From: Eledone cirrhosa
Taxonomy: Eukaryota
Direction of reading: 5' to 3'
Length of the DNA stretch: 64,000 nt
Assembly (NCBI GenBank): GCA_964016885.1
Contig: OZ024763.1
Span: 25,420,001 to 25,484,000, forward strand
The translations under genes were made by a program, and so were the position numbers. Below the pieces are notes generated by a model. It worked only from the letters and a program-made list of their open reading frames with translations. It was not told where the DNA came from and did not search any database. Shown in pieces: positions 40,623 to 55,039 of this stretch; position 1 is the first letter of the stretch, and every line of letters starts with the position of its first letter.

Positions 40623-40779
40623 TTTAAGAATAATCGGAACAATGAACGATTAGAACCGGCCATAGACGGGGAGGAAAAAATGAGGTCCAGTATGTGTGTA
40701 TGTATATATATATACACATACAAACATACTTATATATATTGACACATGCATTCATATAGAAATACACACACATATATAT

Positions 40780-40810
<31 letters not shown>

Positions 40811-41019
40811 CACAAACATATATGCATGTGTATTTATTTATATATATATGTTTATGAGTGTTTTGTGTGTGTATATATACACATATACATATATATATAT
40901 ATACATGTATATACATATATATAAACATATATATAAGTTTATCCTGGGTTCAATCGGGGGTAACCACAGTAAGTAAGGTACTCAATACATAGCAGAGTAT
41001 AAATATTTAATATAGAAAT

Positions 41020-41070
41020 GACTTTTACAGGACTAGAACTGTTTCATTCGGGAGAAATCATCAGGAAGCC
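41020..41070 (-). ncRNA. Type-I hammerhead ribozyme motif, family A
   Basis: Reverse complement: GGCTTC-CTGATGA-tttc-tccc-gaat-GAAACAG-ttctagtc-CTGTA-aAAGTC. Core and stem III intact; one mismatch in stem I. Confidence 0.75.
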
Positions 41071-41804
41071 GAGAGCCATTTCTATATATATATACACACA
41101 CACATACTTATTTTAATGAGAGTGGAATACTGAAAAAGGCAGAAAGAGAGTGAAATGAAGGAGTGAAAAAAAGAAGAAAACAAAGGAAAGAGACGAAGGA
41201 AGCTCCGGGTGAGAGGTGGGGTAGGGCTGGTGGAGAGGTCTGGGGGTGGGGGAGGGGGGCTTGTTAAAAAAAAACAACGGAAAAAAAAAACCTTCTTGTG
41301 ACCAAGTTGAAGAATACATGCGTGCAGAGTGTGTTTTTTTAATTTTTTTTTATTTCATTTTCGTTTCGTTTTGTATCGTTTCATCTCATCTCGTCATGTC
41401 TTGTCATGCCTTGTTTCGTTTCATTTCGTATCGATTTTTTTTCTTCTTCTTCTCCATCATTTTGTAGAATCAGGGGTTTTTTCACTTACTTATTTATATA
41501 TATATATATATATATATATTTTATTTTATTTTATATTTTAAACATACTGATACGGGAGGATGGGCAAGGAAGAGGAAGAAAGAGGAGGAAGAGGAATTGG
41601 AGGAGGAAATAATGCAGGACAATAAAAAAAGAACTAGAAGCCCCTACTATAAAATATTTTTTTTGTGTGATTTTTTTTGTTATTGTTTTTGTCGGTTTTT
41701 TTTCGTCTACACGTTTTGTTTTTTGTTTTTTTTTGTTTTGTTTTGTTTTGTTGTTGTTGTTGCTGTTGTTGTTTTTAATAATTTTGATGCTGCATGGTAA
41801 AATA

Positions 41805-41827
41805 TCAGAGCCAACCCCATGGTGAAC
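41805..41827 (-). CDS. Candidate short terminal coding exon of an unidentified gene
   Basis: Very strong acceptor (long polypyrimidine tract + ttacttgcag) before GTTCACCATGGGG. Phase 1 gives (x)SPWGWL*; other phases are possible. Followed by UTR-like sequence. Confidence 0.35.
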
Positions 41828-42025
41828 CTGCAAGTAAACAGAGAAGAAAAAGAAGAAAAAAAAAAGAAAAAAAAAGAGAAATAAACATAGAGACAAAAAA
41901 ACATTTTTTAACGAACGTGTAATGTAATGTATAAAAAAAAACAAAAAAAAAACAAGGAAATAAATGATAAAAATATATATTTGATAAAAAAAATATAGAT
42001 AAACAGACAGGCCAGCAGACAGACG

Positions 42026-42093
<68 letters not shown>

Positions 42094-42171
42094 GAGAGAG
42101 AGAGAGATAAGTGACAAAGAATTAGGAACAAATGGAAAATAATATATTTACACACATACAGACAGAAATGT

Positions 42172-43190
42172 TTCGATAAAATAAAGTACCAGTAATGCAC
42201 TGGGTAATTGCTGGCCTTGTGCCTAAAGTAGAAACAATTATTATAATAATTATTTCTATTTTTGGCACAAGGCCAGAAATTACCCCAGTGCATTACTGGT
42301 ACTTTATTTTATCGACCCCGTAAGGATGAAAGGCAAAGTTAACCTCAGCGGGATTTGAACTCAGACTGTAAAAGGACATTACTCTATGCTACAAAGCATG
42401 TTGTTCGACCCTCTACCGATACTGCCGGAGGGATATCTTAAGCAAAGCTAACCTGGGCAGGATTTGAACTCAGAACGTAAAGGGCCGTAACTATATGTTG
42501 CAAAGTATTTTGGCACAAGGCCAGCAATTATCCCAGTGCATTACTGGTACTTTATTTTATCGACCCCCCCCCCATACATAAAGGATGAAAGGCAAAGTTA
42601 ACGTTGGAGGGATTTAAACTCAGACTATAAAGGGCCGTAACTCTATGCTGCAAAACATGGCGTCCGACCTTCCACCGCCTTCATAAAAATGATGATTTCT
42701 ACTACAGGTAAAATTCTGTTATAACGAATACCATTATAACGAATTTTTCCACCTTAATAATAATAATTCTTTCTACTTTTGGCACAAGGCCAGCAATTAT
42801 TCCAGTGTATTACTGGTACTTTATTTTATCGACCCCGTAAGGATGAAAGGCAAAGTTAACCTCGGCGGGATTTGAACTCAGATCGTAAAGGGATGTAACA
42901 ATGCTGGAAAGTATGACATCTGACCCTTTAATAGTAATAATGCACAAGGCCAGCAACTTTGGGGGAGAGGAAAGTCGATTAAATCGACCCCAGTTTGTTA
43001 CTGGTGCTTTATTTTTTCGACCCCGTAAGGATGAAAGGCAAAGTCAACCTCGGCGGGATTTGTACTCAGAATGGCAAGGGCCATACCTCTATGTGTCAAA
43101 GCATGGCGTCAGACCCTCGGTTTCTTATATAGGCACAAGGTCAGCAATTTTTGGGGTGGGGAAAGTCGATTAAATCAACTCCAGTGTATT
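42172..43190. mobile_element. Cluster of ~6 full or partial SINE copies, dominant family
   Basis: Repeated ggcacaaggccagcaatt..atcgaccccgtaaggatgaaaggcaaag; the first copy is inverted. Confidence 0.9.
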
Positions 43191-43549
43191 ATCATATGTT
43201 CTTGTAGTATGTAAAAATCATAAGATAACTGGTGGGGGCAGGGGTCCCCACCCCACCCTCCTTCCAAAAATAACAATCCCAGACAGACTTAAATAACTAC
43301 TTTAAGTTTACATGTCCTCGGTAATTTCTTGGGAAACTTGAGATAGCTTAACAGATGGGAAAATAACAGCGGACAAAAAAAAAAAGCATTTTTTAAAAAA
43401 ACAATTTTTCAACAGGAAATATGATAAAATGATTTAAATTTTAATTTTAAAATGAAAAATTTTTAAAATTAAACAGATAAACAGATAAAGAAACATTTTT
43501 TTAAAACTCTTAACATCCTATAATAATTTGGCAGGAAATGTCTAAAAAC

Positions 43550-44190
43550 AGGTTTGTTAATTCAAAAGTTTATAGTATCTGTACTAGTGAACAGATACTT
43601 GTGGAAATCTGCAGTATTAGTATTAAAAAATTTAATATTTAATGTGATGCAGTCAGAGCACTAGTTATATTCTTTTCAAAAAATGTTTGTTAATGTGGTT
43701 TCATGTGTTTTGTTAATTCAAATGTTTATAGTATCTTTACTAGTGGATAGATACTTGTGGAAATTTGCAGAATTAGTGTAAAAGACTTCAATTTTTAATG
43801 TGATGTAGTATTAAGAATTGTTTTGTACTTTTCATGTTTTACAAAATGTTTTACAAATGTTGTTTCATGTTCGTTAAATTGAATATTTATAGTATCTTTA
43901 CTAGTGAACAGACTGTCATGAACATTTCTAGTATTAGTATAAACGACTTTAATTTTTATTGTGATGAAGTCATAATAGTTGTTTTATTCTATTCAAACGT
44001 GTTTTGCAAATGTGGATTCAAATATTTATAGTATCTTTACTAGTGGACAGATTGTTGTGAAAATTTGAAGTAGTATTAGTGTAAAAGATTTTAATTTTTA
44101 ATGTAATACTGCCATAAGAGTTGTCTTGTCTTTTCAAACATGTTTTACAAATGTGGTTTCAGGTGGTACAGGATATTAAGAGTTAAACAA
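43550..44190. repeat. Degenerate ~155-bp tandem repeats, related to 52260-52685
   Basis: Recurrent ttgttaattcaaatgtttatagtatctttactagtg..acagat..gtgaaaatttg. Confidence 0.75.
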
Positions 44191-44399
44191 ACAGAATTAT
44201 TATTATTATTAATTTTTTTTAAATTTGTCAATGGAATGGGAAAAACATACACGGAAAGACATGCAATGCTTTTAAAGATTAATGTTGTGAAAACAAAACA
44301 TGTTTTTTTAAATTATAATTAACAGGAAGAGAGAGAGAGGGGAGGAGAGAGACAGACAGACAGAGAGAGACAAATAAATGTGTGTATATGAAGGGGTAT

Positions 44400-44683
44400 A
44401 TATTAAGTATATATATATATACACATATATATTTTTGTGTGTATGTATATATATATATGCATATATATATATAATGTATACGTACTTATGTGTATATATA
44501 TGTATATGTATGTATATATACGTGTATATACATATATATGTACACATATATATATATATATATATGCATATATATATGTACTTATATATATATATATATA
44601 TATATACATTTATATGTACACATATACATATATATATATATATACATATGTACACATATACATATATATATATATACATATGT

Positions 44684-44758
<75 letters not shown>

Positions 44759-44845
44759 TACATATATATATGTACACATATACATATATATATATATATA
44801 TACATATATATGTACACATATACATATATATATACATATATATGT

Positions 44846-44912
<67 letters not shown>

Positions 44913-44921
44913 TATGTACAC

Positions 44922-44968
<47 letters not shown>

Positions 44969-45004
44969 TATGTACACATATACATATATATATATATATA
45001 TATA

Positions 45005-45058
<54 letters not shown>

Positions 45059-45165
45059 TATGTACATATATATATATATGCATATATATATACGCATATA
45101 CATAGACACGTGTATATAAATATACATATATATATATATACACATATATATATATATATATATAA
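44400..45165. repeat. (TA)n/(TACA)n compound microsatellite
   Basis: Directly visible. Similar tracts at 33770-34090, 50100-50445, 56905-57460 and 58075-58610. Confidence 0.97.
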
Positions 45166-45474
45166 AATAGGAGAGAGAGAGAGAGAGAGGGTGAAAGAAA
45201 GAATGAGAGACAGAGGTGATGGGGAGAGATACAAACATAAAAAATGTATAGGCGTATATTTAGGTATATTTAGGTAGAAATCAAAACCCAAACAAAAAAA
45301 CAAAACAAGGCAAAGAAAAAACCCAACAAACAAGTAAAACTAATTTGTTTAAAACAATCCACGATATGCAACATGTTACATCCATCATCATCATCATCAG
45401 CATCGAGGTTTGTGTAACATTGAATAACACAGACCAACATCCAACACATTAATCTTTCTGTAGGGGAGGGGACA

Positions 45475-45506
<32 letters not shown>

Positions 45507-45667
45507 TGACCATGCAGGGTGGAAGGCAAAGGCTTGGGGTGTTCAGAAACCCCACAAAACGTGTAATTTATAATTCTAAGGGGTTTGTCAAACAAGCAAA
45601 CAAATAAACATACATATATACATACATATATCTATATACATACATGGGTTTGGGGTAGATAACCAAA

Positions 45668-45902
45668 TATATGAGTTTAGGGTACATAAACAGATATATG
45701 AGTTTAGGGTGCATAAACAAATATATGAGTTTAGGGTACATAAACAGATATATGAGTTTAGGGTGCATAAACAAATATATGAGTTTAGGGTACATAAACA
45801 GATATATGAGTTTAGGGTACATAAACAAATATATGAGTTTAGGGTACATAAACAAATATATGAGTTTAGGGTACATAAACATATGAGTTTAGGGTACATA
45901 AA
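45668..45902. repeat. 27-bp minisatellite (~8.5 copies)
   Basis: Unit atatgagtttagggtacataaacaaat. Confidence 0.95.
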
Positions 45903-45912
45903 GTAACATTTG

Positions 45913-46623
45913 AGGGGCAGGAGTGGATTAAGATATTTAGGGGAACCTAAGCAATGAAAAGTTTACAGGGCCCATAAATACTTTATATACAGGATAAAAA
46001 AAACTCCCATATAATCTACCGAAGAAAAAAAACCTTTCTAAGAGTCCCTTTGCTTGATGTCCTAAGGAGTAGTGAATTAAGGGATAGACTGGTTGGGCTC
46101 TAACCAGGGAGTCATACAATATTTAAAGGACCCCAAATAATAATTTGCAAGGACACTGCAAATTTTTGAGTGAGACCTCTATAATATTTAAAAGACCCCA
46201 AATTTATTTCTGTGGCTCCCATATGTAAGGACACCAATGTAATTTTTGAGTCAAAGGTCCCTACAATATTTAAAAGGCCCAAATTTATTTGCGTAGCTCC
46301 CATATGTAAGGGCACCAATGGAATTTATTAGCCAAAGGCCCTTACAATATTTAAAGGGCCCCAAATTCATTTGCATAGCTCCCGTATGTAAGGACATCAA
46401 TGAAATTTTTTACCCAAAAGCCCCTTACCATATTTAAATGACCCAAAATTTATTTGTGTGGCTCCCATTTGTAAGGACACCAATGAAAATTTTGAGCCAA
46501 AGGCCCCTAAAATATCTAAAAGAGCCCAAATAAACATTTTTGCTACCATAAATAAAATGCAAGGGACATGATGAAATTTTCAGCCTAGGGTTCCCCACAC
46601 AATCTTAATCCACTCCTGCCCCT
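45913..46623. mobile_element. MITE with 22-bp TIRs and internal ~78-bp tandem repeats
   Basis: AGGGGCAGGAGTGGATTAAGAT ... ATCTTAATCCACTCCTGCCCCT; internal acaatatttaaa..cccaaattt..gctcccatatgtaagg units. Confidence 0.75.
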
Positions 46624-47379
46624 AGTTATGTGTTTATTCTGCTTAAATGGTTGGGTGGGTTCATTGAAGGCTGATGGGGAGGTGATGGTAATGGGGTGGC
46701 CGAGCAGCAATGGAGATAGGGCCGGACATAAAAACAAAACAAGATGATGAGCATTGGGTAAACAATTCATGAAGATGTATGGTGGTGGTGGTAGGGGGAG
46801 ATGAAGGTCAAGAGGGAGACGGGGAGAGGGATTTGTAACAGGAAGGTGAAGACGGGGAGGGGACGTAAAGGTAAAACAAAACAACAAAAAAAACACAAAA
46901 AAATTATACTTTTTTTTTGTTTCTTTTTAAATTAATCAATATTAATAAATCAATTAATCAAAATCAATCAAAATAAACATCAATAAATCAATCAGTAAAT
47001 AAATAATCAATAAATATAAGTCAATAAATAAATTTGATGAGATATGAAATGAGAAATGAAAAGCATGAATTTTTTGTTTAGTTGAGATTTCACACACAAT
47101 ACTAAACACTGATCATGGAATATTGAACACTGACTATTGGGTATTGAACACTGAATATTTGATACTGAACACTGAATATTGGATATTGAACACTAAATAT
47201 TTGATATTGGACATTAGCAAGAGACAACATATAGACAGCAATTACAATATATACACAACAGAGGTAGAATATATAAATATATATATATATATATAATAGA
47301 CAACATTGATATATATATACACACTTATATATGTATACATGCATATACATACATATGTGTGTGTGTATATATATATATT

Positions 47380-47430
<51 letters not shown>

Positions 47431-47483
47431 TCTGGTACTAGTTGTTGAAATGGCAAGAGCTCAGCCGTCGGGTCCCAACTCTT

Positions 47484-47536
<53 letters not shown>

Positions 47537-47619
47537 CGTGTTAATACAAATGTATATCTTCATCATCAACATTTAAACAGGTGTCAAATGATGATGATGA
47601 GTGTGTATATATATATATG

Positions 47620-47657
<38 letters not shown>

Positions 47658-48083
47658 CACATACACACATAAACATATATACACATAAATATATATAAAC
47701 ATCTATATATATACACGCACATATCTAAATATATATATATACATACACAAAATGAAAACAAATTGCAAAATGAGGTTAAAAATATTACCAAAATCCCCAT
47801 AAAAATTAACCACCCCACCCCATCCCCACCCCTACTATCAACAGTACACCACACCACTCACGTGTGTGCATGCACACCAATTAGCATTCTAGGTTAAACA
47901 AATTAAATAAAGAGTTAAAAAAAATAAACAGAAAAAAACTAAACTAAATATATATATTGTTTCTTCTTTACGCACAGGGCCAGCAATTATTCCAGTGGTA
48001 CTTTATTTTATCGACCCCGTAAGGATGAAAGGCAAAGTTAATCACAGTGGGATTTAAACATATATTATTTGTAAATACAAATA

Positions 48084-48260
48084 GGCGGTGGATTGGCAGT
48101 ATCGGTAGAGAGTTGGACGCCAATGCTTTGCAGCAAAGAGTTATGTCCCCTTATGGTCTGAGTTCAAATCCCGCCGAGGTTAACCTTACAGGGTCGATAA
48201 AATAAAGTACCAGTAATACACTGGGATAATTGCTGGCCTTCTGACAAAAGTAGAAACAAT
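48084..48260 (+). mobile_element. tRNA-derived SINE with both termini and a long TSD
   Basis: Starts GGCGGTGGATTGGCAG, B-box gagttcaaatcc, short internal deletion. Flanked by tatttgtaaatacaaata at 48066-48083 and 48261-48278. Confidence 0.9.
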
Positions 48261-49045
48261 TATTTGTAAATACAAATAACATAGAAAAATCTCCTTTGGT
48301 TAAACCAAGGGTCACAAGATCTGTTGATATTGACCCAACCAACCCATCCATCTATTTATCTATCTCAGGGATTGGTGGGACTACCCATGGTTAAACGGAA
48401 TGAAAATAACTAAATTAATGGTTCCAGATTGAGTCACAATTATGATGTTTCCAAAATATTGTTTTTTATATATATGTACAAAATATTATGTTTCTCTGAC
48501 TATATATATATACTCTTTTACTCTTTTACCTGTTTCAGCCATCCGGCTGAGGCCATGCTGGGGCACCGCCCTATATACATATATGACACATACATATATG
48601 GAGGCACATGGCTTAGTGGTTTGAGTATTGGCCTTGCAATCGAAAGGTTGTGAGTTCAATTCTCAGACCAGGTGATGTGTTGTTTCCTTGAGCAAGACAC
48701 TTTATTTCACATTGCTCCAGTTTACTCAGCTGTAGAAATGAGATGATAGGGACTGGGGTCGCTATCATTCTACTGCAAAGTGGTCATGAGAGTGCCACGG
48801 CAAAAAAGCACCCAACACTCACTGTAAATGAGGTTGGTGTTAGGAAGGGCATCCAGCTGTAGAAATCAAGCCAGAATCAGTTCCCGTCCCACCCTTGCAA
48901 GCAGGGAAAAGCGGACGTAAAATGAAATGAATGAATGAAATGAATATATATAACATGAATCGACCTGTTATTTTTATCTAAAAACATTTGTTCCAATTCC
49001 ACCCCACCCCACCTGTCCCTTCAATCTTTCTAATTCCTCGTTCTT

Positions 49046-49081
49046 TCTTCTGATGAAGGACTAGCGTCCGAAACATTAAGA
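49046..49081 (+). ncRNA. Minimal hammerhead ribozyme motif, family E (stem III mutated)
   Basis: TCTT-CTGATGA-a-GGAC-tagc-GTCC-GAAAC-att-AAGA. The downstream tail recurs at ~61830-61920. Confidence 0.6.
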
Positions 49082-49171
49082 CCTTCTTCCTGCTACTTCA
49101 AGCGTTAACTTAATATATTCTTTCCATATACTGTACCGATTGTGTTGTTATTTCTGTTTACCTTTTATCTA

Positions 49172-49210
<39 letters not shown>

Positions 49211-49769
49211 CAGGTGTGGAGAAGGGCTCCTTATTACAAAGTCGAGGGATGGTCTGCCAGAACACATTATTTGCTGATCTAAAGTTGGATTCCAGCTTAA
49301 CCCCAAAGTCTTCCCATGTCTTAACTTTGGATGCATTTACTGTCTCTGCTGTGATTTTTTGTGCCGCAACTTCTCCGAATTGAAAGATCACAGCTCCGAT
49401 ACTATGGACATGTGGGTAGAATGTCTCAGGAAGGAATCACTGGTCAGATTTGTGGCTCGGAAATCAGAGTCACTCCAGGTGGAGCCACTACTTCTCTGAA
49501 TTGAGAGATCACAGCTCCAGTTCTATGGGAATGTGGTTAGAATGTCCCGGGAAAGAACCACTGGACAAATTTTACAAGCCAAAGCAACTGGCAAGAGACC
49601 CATGGGTAGACCCTGTGCAAGATGGTTGGATAACATCCATGAGCTTGGCTGGTCATGCATGGAGATACAGACATATTAGTTGGAGATGGTTGCTTCTGAC
49701 AGGACCCGCTGGAAGGAGTGTTTGAGGACTCTGTCCCCACAACCATCTCAGGAATAAATGGACCAAGAA

Positions 49770-49833
<64 letters not shown>

Positions 49834-49886
49834 TACACATATAAAATTAATAAACCCAATGATTTGAAATGAAAGCAATGATAATC

Positions 49887-49920
<34 letters not shown>

Positions 49921-50114
49921 TAAGAATAAAATCACAAGACATTTCTAAAAGGAGTGGACAAGAATTTGTAACAATGATCACCAGAGTTAATGCTTTCACT
50001 GCGGCAATGACAAAAAAGACCAAAAAATGAAAGGACAAAAAACAAAAAAAAAAACAATGGCAAAGACTGACATCACAGCTTCACCTGACATGTGTAGGGT
50101 TGTGTGTGTGTGTG

Positions 50115-50222
<108 letters not shown>

Positions 50223-50232
50223 TATGAATATA

Positions 50233-50266
<34 letters not shown>

Positions 50267-50302
50267 TATATATGTATGTGTATATATATATTCATATATA
50301 TG

Positions 50303-50348
<46 letters not shown>

Positions 50349-50446
50349 CATATATATATATATATATAAATACATATGTATATATAAATACATATGTATA
50401 TATAAATACATATGTGTATATATATAAATATATATATATATATGTA

Positions 50447-51487
50447 CAGGGTGTCCCAAAAGTCACACAGGGGTTTTAGTTTTTATTAACTTCCTGAATT
50501 GTACAGATTGATTGTATGAAATTTTGATACAACCTAAAGGACATAATGGAAATTATGTTGCACTCGACAATCCTTGTCACACCTCTACATTACTACATAT
50601 CAGGATCTCAGACTGGCAACTCAAGCTAGCTGTGGACAAGTGCACCACCATGCATTTTGGGAGTAAAAACCCAGCATCCACATACTCCCTCCACAGCACT
50701 AATATCAAGAAGTCTTCCTGTGAACGTGACCTGGGCATTACGGTCAGCAGCGATTTGCGTTGGACGAGGCACGTCTCTAAAATTGTCAAGAGGGCCGAGG
50801 GTGTCTTAGCATCACTCAGCAAGACCTTTGTCAGCCGCTCTCCAGATATCTATTTAAGGCTGTATACAGCTATGGTGCGACCACACTTAGAATTTGCATC
50901 ACCAGTCTGGAACCCCTATCTTGCTCAGGACATTGACCGCCTGGAAACTGTTCAGAGACGTGCAACCAAGCGAATACCCTCCATCAGGCATCTACCATAC
51001 TCTGATCGCCTTGCTTCCCTGGGCATGGATTCATTGAAGCTCCGACGCCTGGCAACTGACTTGGTAAACACCCACAAAATTGTTAACCATGTTGCCAACA
51101 ACAACCCTGAGTGCCTTTTCGATTTCCATGTGTCTAACACACGTAGACATGCCCACAAAGTAAGAAAACAGCACAGTTCCCATAACTTTCGGAAACATTT
51201 TTTCATGCTCAGAGTTGCTGAAGCATGGAACAAACTACCTGCATCAGTTGTTAGCTGTCGAGACACTGCATCCTTTAAGGCCTCCATGCTTCCCGAGATC
51301 CGCCAACACTACAGCTAACACATACAAACATGTACTTCCCTGGCATTTGTGTATTATTCTATGTACTATATTGACGAGTTGTAGTGCACCTGAGCACTTT
51401 ACACAATAATTTCATTATTATTATTATTATATTATAAAATAAAAAAATTATAAACAGCTGCGACACCTCTGTGACTTTTGGGCCACC

Positions 51488-51490
<3 letters not shown>
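50447..51490. mobile_element. Tc1/mariner MITE interrupted by a CR1 LINE
   Basis: TA-CAGGGTGTCCCAAAAGTCAC ... GTGACTTTTGGGCCACCCTG-TA brackets the LINE. Confidence 0.8.
50560..51435 (+). mobile_element. 5'-truncated CR1-clade LINE (open RT C-terminal ORF, 3' UTR, (ATT)n tail)
   Basis: Uninterrupted ORF WQLKL..KC..MHFG..ERDLG..MVRPHLEFASPVWNP..LETVQRRATK..RVAEAWNKLP to the stop at 51318; (att)n tail at 51413-51435. Confidence 0.92.
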
Positions 51491-51556
<66 letters not shown>

Positions 51557-53201
51557 GGTATCTATATACAGATATTTTAAACCAATAAATATTCGCAATT
51601 AAAAATCAAATGAATTAAATCAAGTAAAAAATATAAAAATACAAATATATATATACATATATATACATATATATATGTTTGTGTTTTAAAAGTGGTAGGC
51701 GACTGGGTTGTTTGGAAGTGGGTAGCTAGGGTGTAGATGAATAAAAACAACAACAAAAATGACGATAATAATAATAAAAATGATTTCTACTTTAGGCACA
51801 AGGCCAGCAATTTGAAGGGGGAGGAGAAAGTCGATTAAATCGACCCCCAGTGTATTACTGGTACTTTATTTTATCGACCCCGTAAGGATGAAAGGCAAAG
51901 TTCACCTCAGTAGGATTTGAACTCATAATGTAAAGAGCCATAACTAAATGCTGCGAAGCAGGGTGTCTGACGCTCTACCGACTCTGCCAACTCACCAATG
52001 ATAAAATAATGCTAACTATAACAACACTCTTCCACAAATGAACTACAAACGTGTGGGCAACAGCAGTGTCACTAAATATAAAAATAACAGCTGTAATAAG
52101 CAGTGGAGGTGTGTGAGAAAATAACGGCCAGATGGTATCTGGTGGGATTATAATATAAAATAAAGGGGAGAGGAAACATAGGGTGTGGGGAGATTTATAG
52201 GGATTAACTCTTTACATCCTTGTTATGATTTAGCAGAAAATATCTTTAAAAAAAAACTGCTTGTTAATTCAAATGTTTATAGTATCTTTGCTACAGAACA
52301 GATTGTTGTGAAAATTTGTAATATACTAAGGTAAAGACTTTAATATTTAATGTGATGCAGTCACAGTGGTGTTTAGTACTTTTTAAGCATGTCTTACTGA
52401 TGTGGTTTGTTAATTCAAATGTTTATAGTATCGTTGCTAGTAGATAAATTGTAAAAATTTGCAATAAACTGAAGTAAAGACTTTAATTTTTTTATGTGAT
52501 AGTTATAATGATGTTTTGTTAATTCAAATATTTATATATTTACAAGAGGACACATCGTTGTGAAAATTTGTAATATTAGAGTAGGGACTTTAATTTTTCA
52601 CGTGATGTAGTATTAGTATTGTTTCATACTTTTCAAGAATGTCTTGCTAATGTGAATTCATGTGGAACAGGGTGTTAAGAGTTAATTCAATGTCTAGATG
52701 TACATGGACCCTCCGTAGGCCTCAACATCAAGTATTCTGGTAACAACAACTATCTGCTTGATAGACAATTACCTACACATTGTATAATAACCTAACACGG
52801 ACACATGTACCCTCAGGGAGATTCAACGAGGCACAGTTTGTGACAAGGCTGGTCTATCAGAATTTTTTGGCCAGAAAAGATCTCGACTGAGGTGGATGTC
52901 AACAGGAGAATATGACAACAATACTTCTCAGAAGAAGATGGAAGTTGGTAGAGCATGTTCTCAGTAGACAGCAAGATAGTATCCCAAGAACAGCCCTTTA
53001 CTGGACGCTAGATGGCAAGTAAAGTCGATGAAGGCCTAGGAACACCTGTCACAGAACAGTTGAGGAAGAGATGAAGACCTGGCAACACACGAGGTACCAC
53101 CCAAAAGCTGACTCAGGACACAGACAGAAGTGGAGTACCTTTCTTGCTGCCCTATATGCCAATGGGCATAATGGGTAGTAGTAGTAGTAGTAGCTGGTCT
53201 G

Positions 53202-53861
53202 TTAACCCTTTCATGACTGCATTTCTAATGAAATATACTCTGTTTCAATTAATTAATGAAGAATTTCGAGGTATTTACTAAAATTATTAATTATTTCATT
53301 ACTTAATGTAAGGTTCTTATATAAAACTATGTTGGAAGGTTTTAATTTAAATTGGAAACTTTTACAATAGGGGCTTTTATGTCACAAAACCAGAAGTGGT
53401 TTTGGCCAGGATGGTAAGACAGTAACTTAATGTAAGGGTCTGATATGAATTGCTTCCCTTGACACTGTGTTATATATTAAGGGGAGGTTACTCTATTAGC
53501 GACTTAATGCACCTGGAGTGCCCAGAAGATTAAATTGGAAATCTTTAAAATGGGTGGTTTTATTTCATAGATTCAGAGCTGGTTTTGACCAGGATGGTAA
53601 GATAGTAACTTAACATTTAATTCTAATATAAAATTATGTTGGAAGGTTTTATTTTAAATTATAAACCTTTAAAATGTGTGGTTTTATTTCATAGAACCAG
53701 AGGGGGTTTTGACCAGGATGGTAAGATAGTAACTTAATGTAAGGTTCTTACATAAAATTATGTTGGAAGATTTTAATTTAAATAGAAAACCTCTAAAATG
53801 GGTGGTTTTATTTCATAGAACCAGAGGGGGTTTTGGCCACGGTAGGTAACTAAAGAGTTAA
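53202..53861. mobile_element. TTAA-flanked MITE-like element with ~123-bp internal repeats
   Basis: TTAAccctttc ... aaagagTTAA; internal aaaatgggtggttttatttcatagaaccagagg repeats. A relative lies at ~34763-35500. Confidence 0.55.
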
Positions 53862-54591
53862 ATTATAGGTACGACCCATCTTGTAATACTAACAGTGTGT
53901 GAAGTGGCTGAGTATCCCACAGACACATGAAGATGGAAGATGAAAAAATAATTTAAGAAAAAAAAAACACTAACAAACAAAATGAACAAATGAAAAATAT
54001 ATTAAAATAATATATATTTTTTTTTAAATAGCAGAGGGGAGGGAAGTAGGGGGTGGAATTAGGGAGGTCATGGAGTGCAAAATCTGTGGAAGAAATTATG
54101 CAAAATGGTAAAATGGCTTTTTGTAGCAATACTGACAGAGAACAAACACGGCGCAGCACCACACGCACGTACGCACTGACATACACGCACAAAACCACAA
54201 GGACTAAAAGAAGCAGGATATAGTTGTGAAGAGGATGGTGTGATGATATGAGGAGGAGGAGGAGAAGGGAGGGCAGGGGAAGAGGTGGTGGTGAATTATG
54301 AGGGGGGAGAATTGTGATGATGATGAGCAGGAGAGGGGTGGGGTGAATTATGATGAGGAGGAGGGGAATTGTGATGATGATGATGATGATCATGAGGAGG
54401 AGGGGGGGAAGGTGGAAGTGGTGGTGAATTATGATGAGGAAGGAGAGAATTATGATGATGATGATGATGATGAGGGAGAGGAGGTGGTGGTGAATTATGA
54501 TGATGATGAAGAGGAGGAGGAGAGGAAGGAAAAGATCATGAAGTGTGGGAAGGGGAGCAAATGGAAATGAAATAGACATTAAATGATGATG

Positions 54592-54626
<35 letters not shown>

Positions 54627-54807
54627 TCATCATCATCACCGTTTTTATATCCATTCTTCCACGCTAGCATGGGTTAGACAGGGTGTCCTGTTGTAGGCAA
54701 TGCCAGGTCAGGTGACCTTGTCTTGTTCATACAGGAACATATATATAATATATAGAAATGGCTTTTACAGGACTAGAACTGTTTCATTCGAAAGAAATCA
54801 TTAAGAA

Positions 54808-54856
54808 AACCCTGATGATTTCTTTCGAATGAAACAGCTCTAGTCCTGTAGAAGCC
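54808..54856 (+). ncRNA. Hammerhead ribozyme motif, family A (5' strand of stem I lost at the inversion junction)
   Basis: CTGATGA-tttc-tttc-gaat-GAAACAG-ctctagtc-CTGTA-GAAGCC. A mutated inverted copy lies at 54760-54808. Confidence 0.6.
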
Positions 54857-54942
54857 ATTTCTATATATTACTATGATGTTTACACACTACTGATGTATTG
54901 AGTCCCTTACTTACTGTGGTTACCCCCGATTGAGACAGGATA

Positions 54943-55039
<97 letters not shown>

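Noticed and set aside
39870-40742. 290-aa repetitive ORF
   Set aside because: Open only because the 63-bp unit is a multiple of three; no unique domain or splice evidence.
45668-45902. TTAGGG motifs suggesting telomeric repeats
   Set aside because: One hexamer per 27-bp unit, not a tandem telomere array.
54298-54570. Acidic 90-aa ORF
   Set aside because: Made of (GAT)n/(GAG)n simple repeats in a degenerate tandem array.
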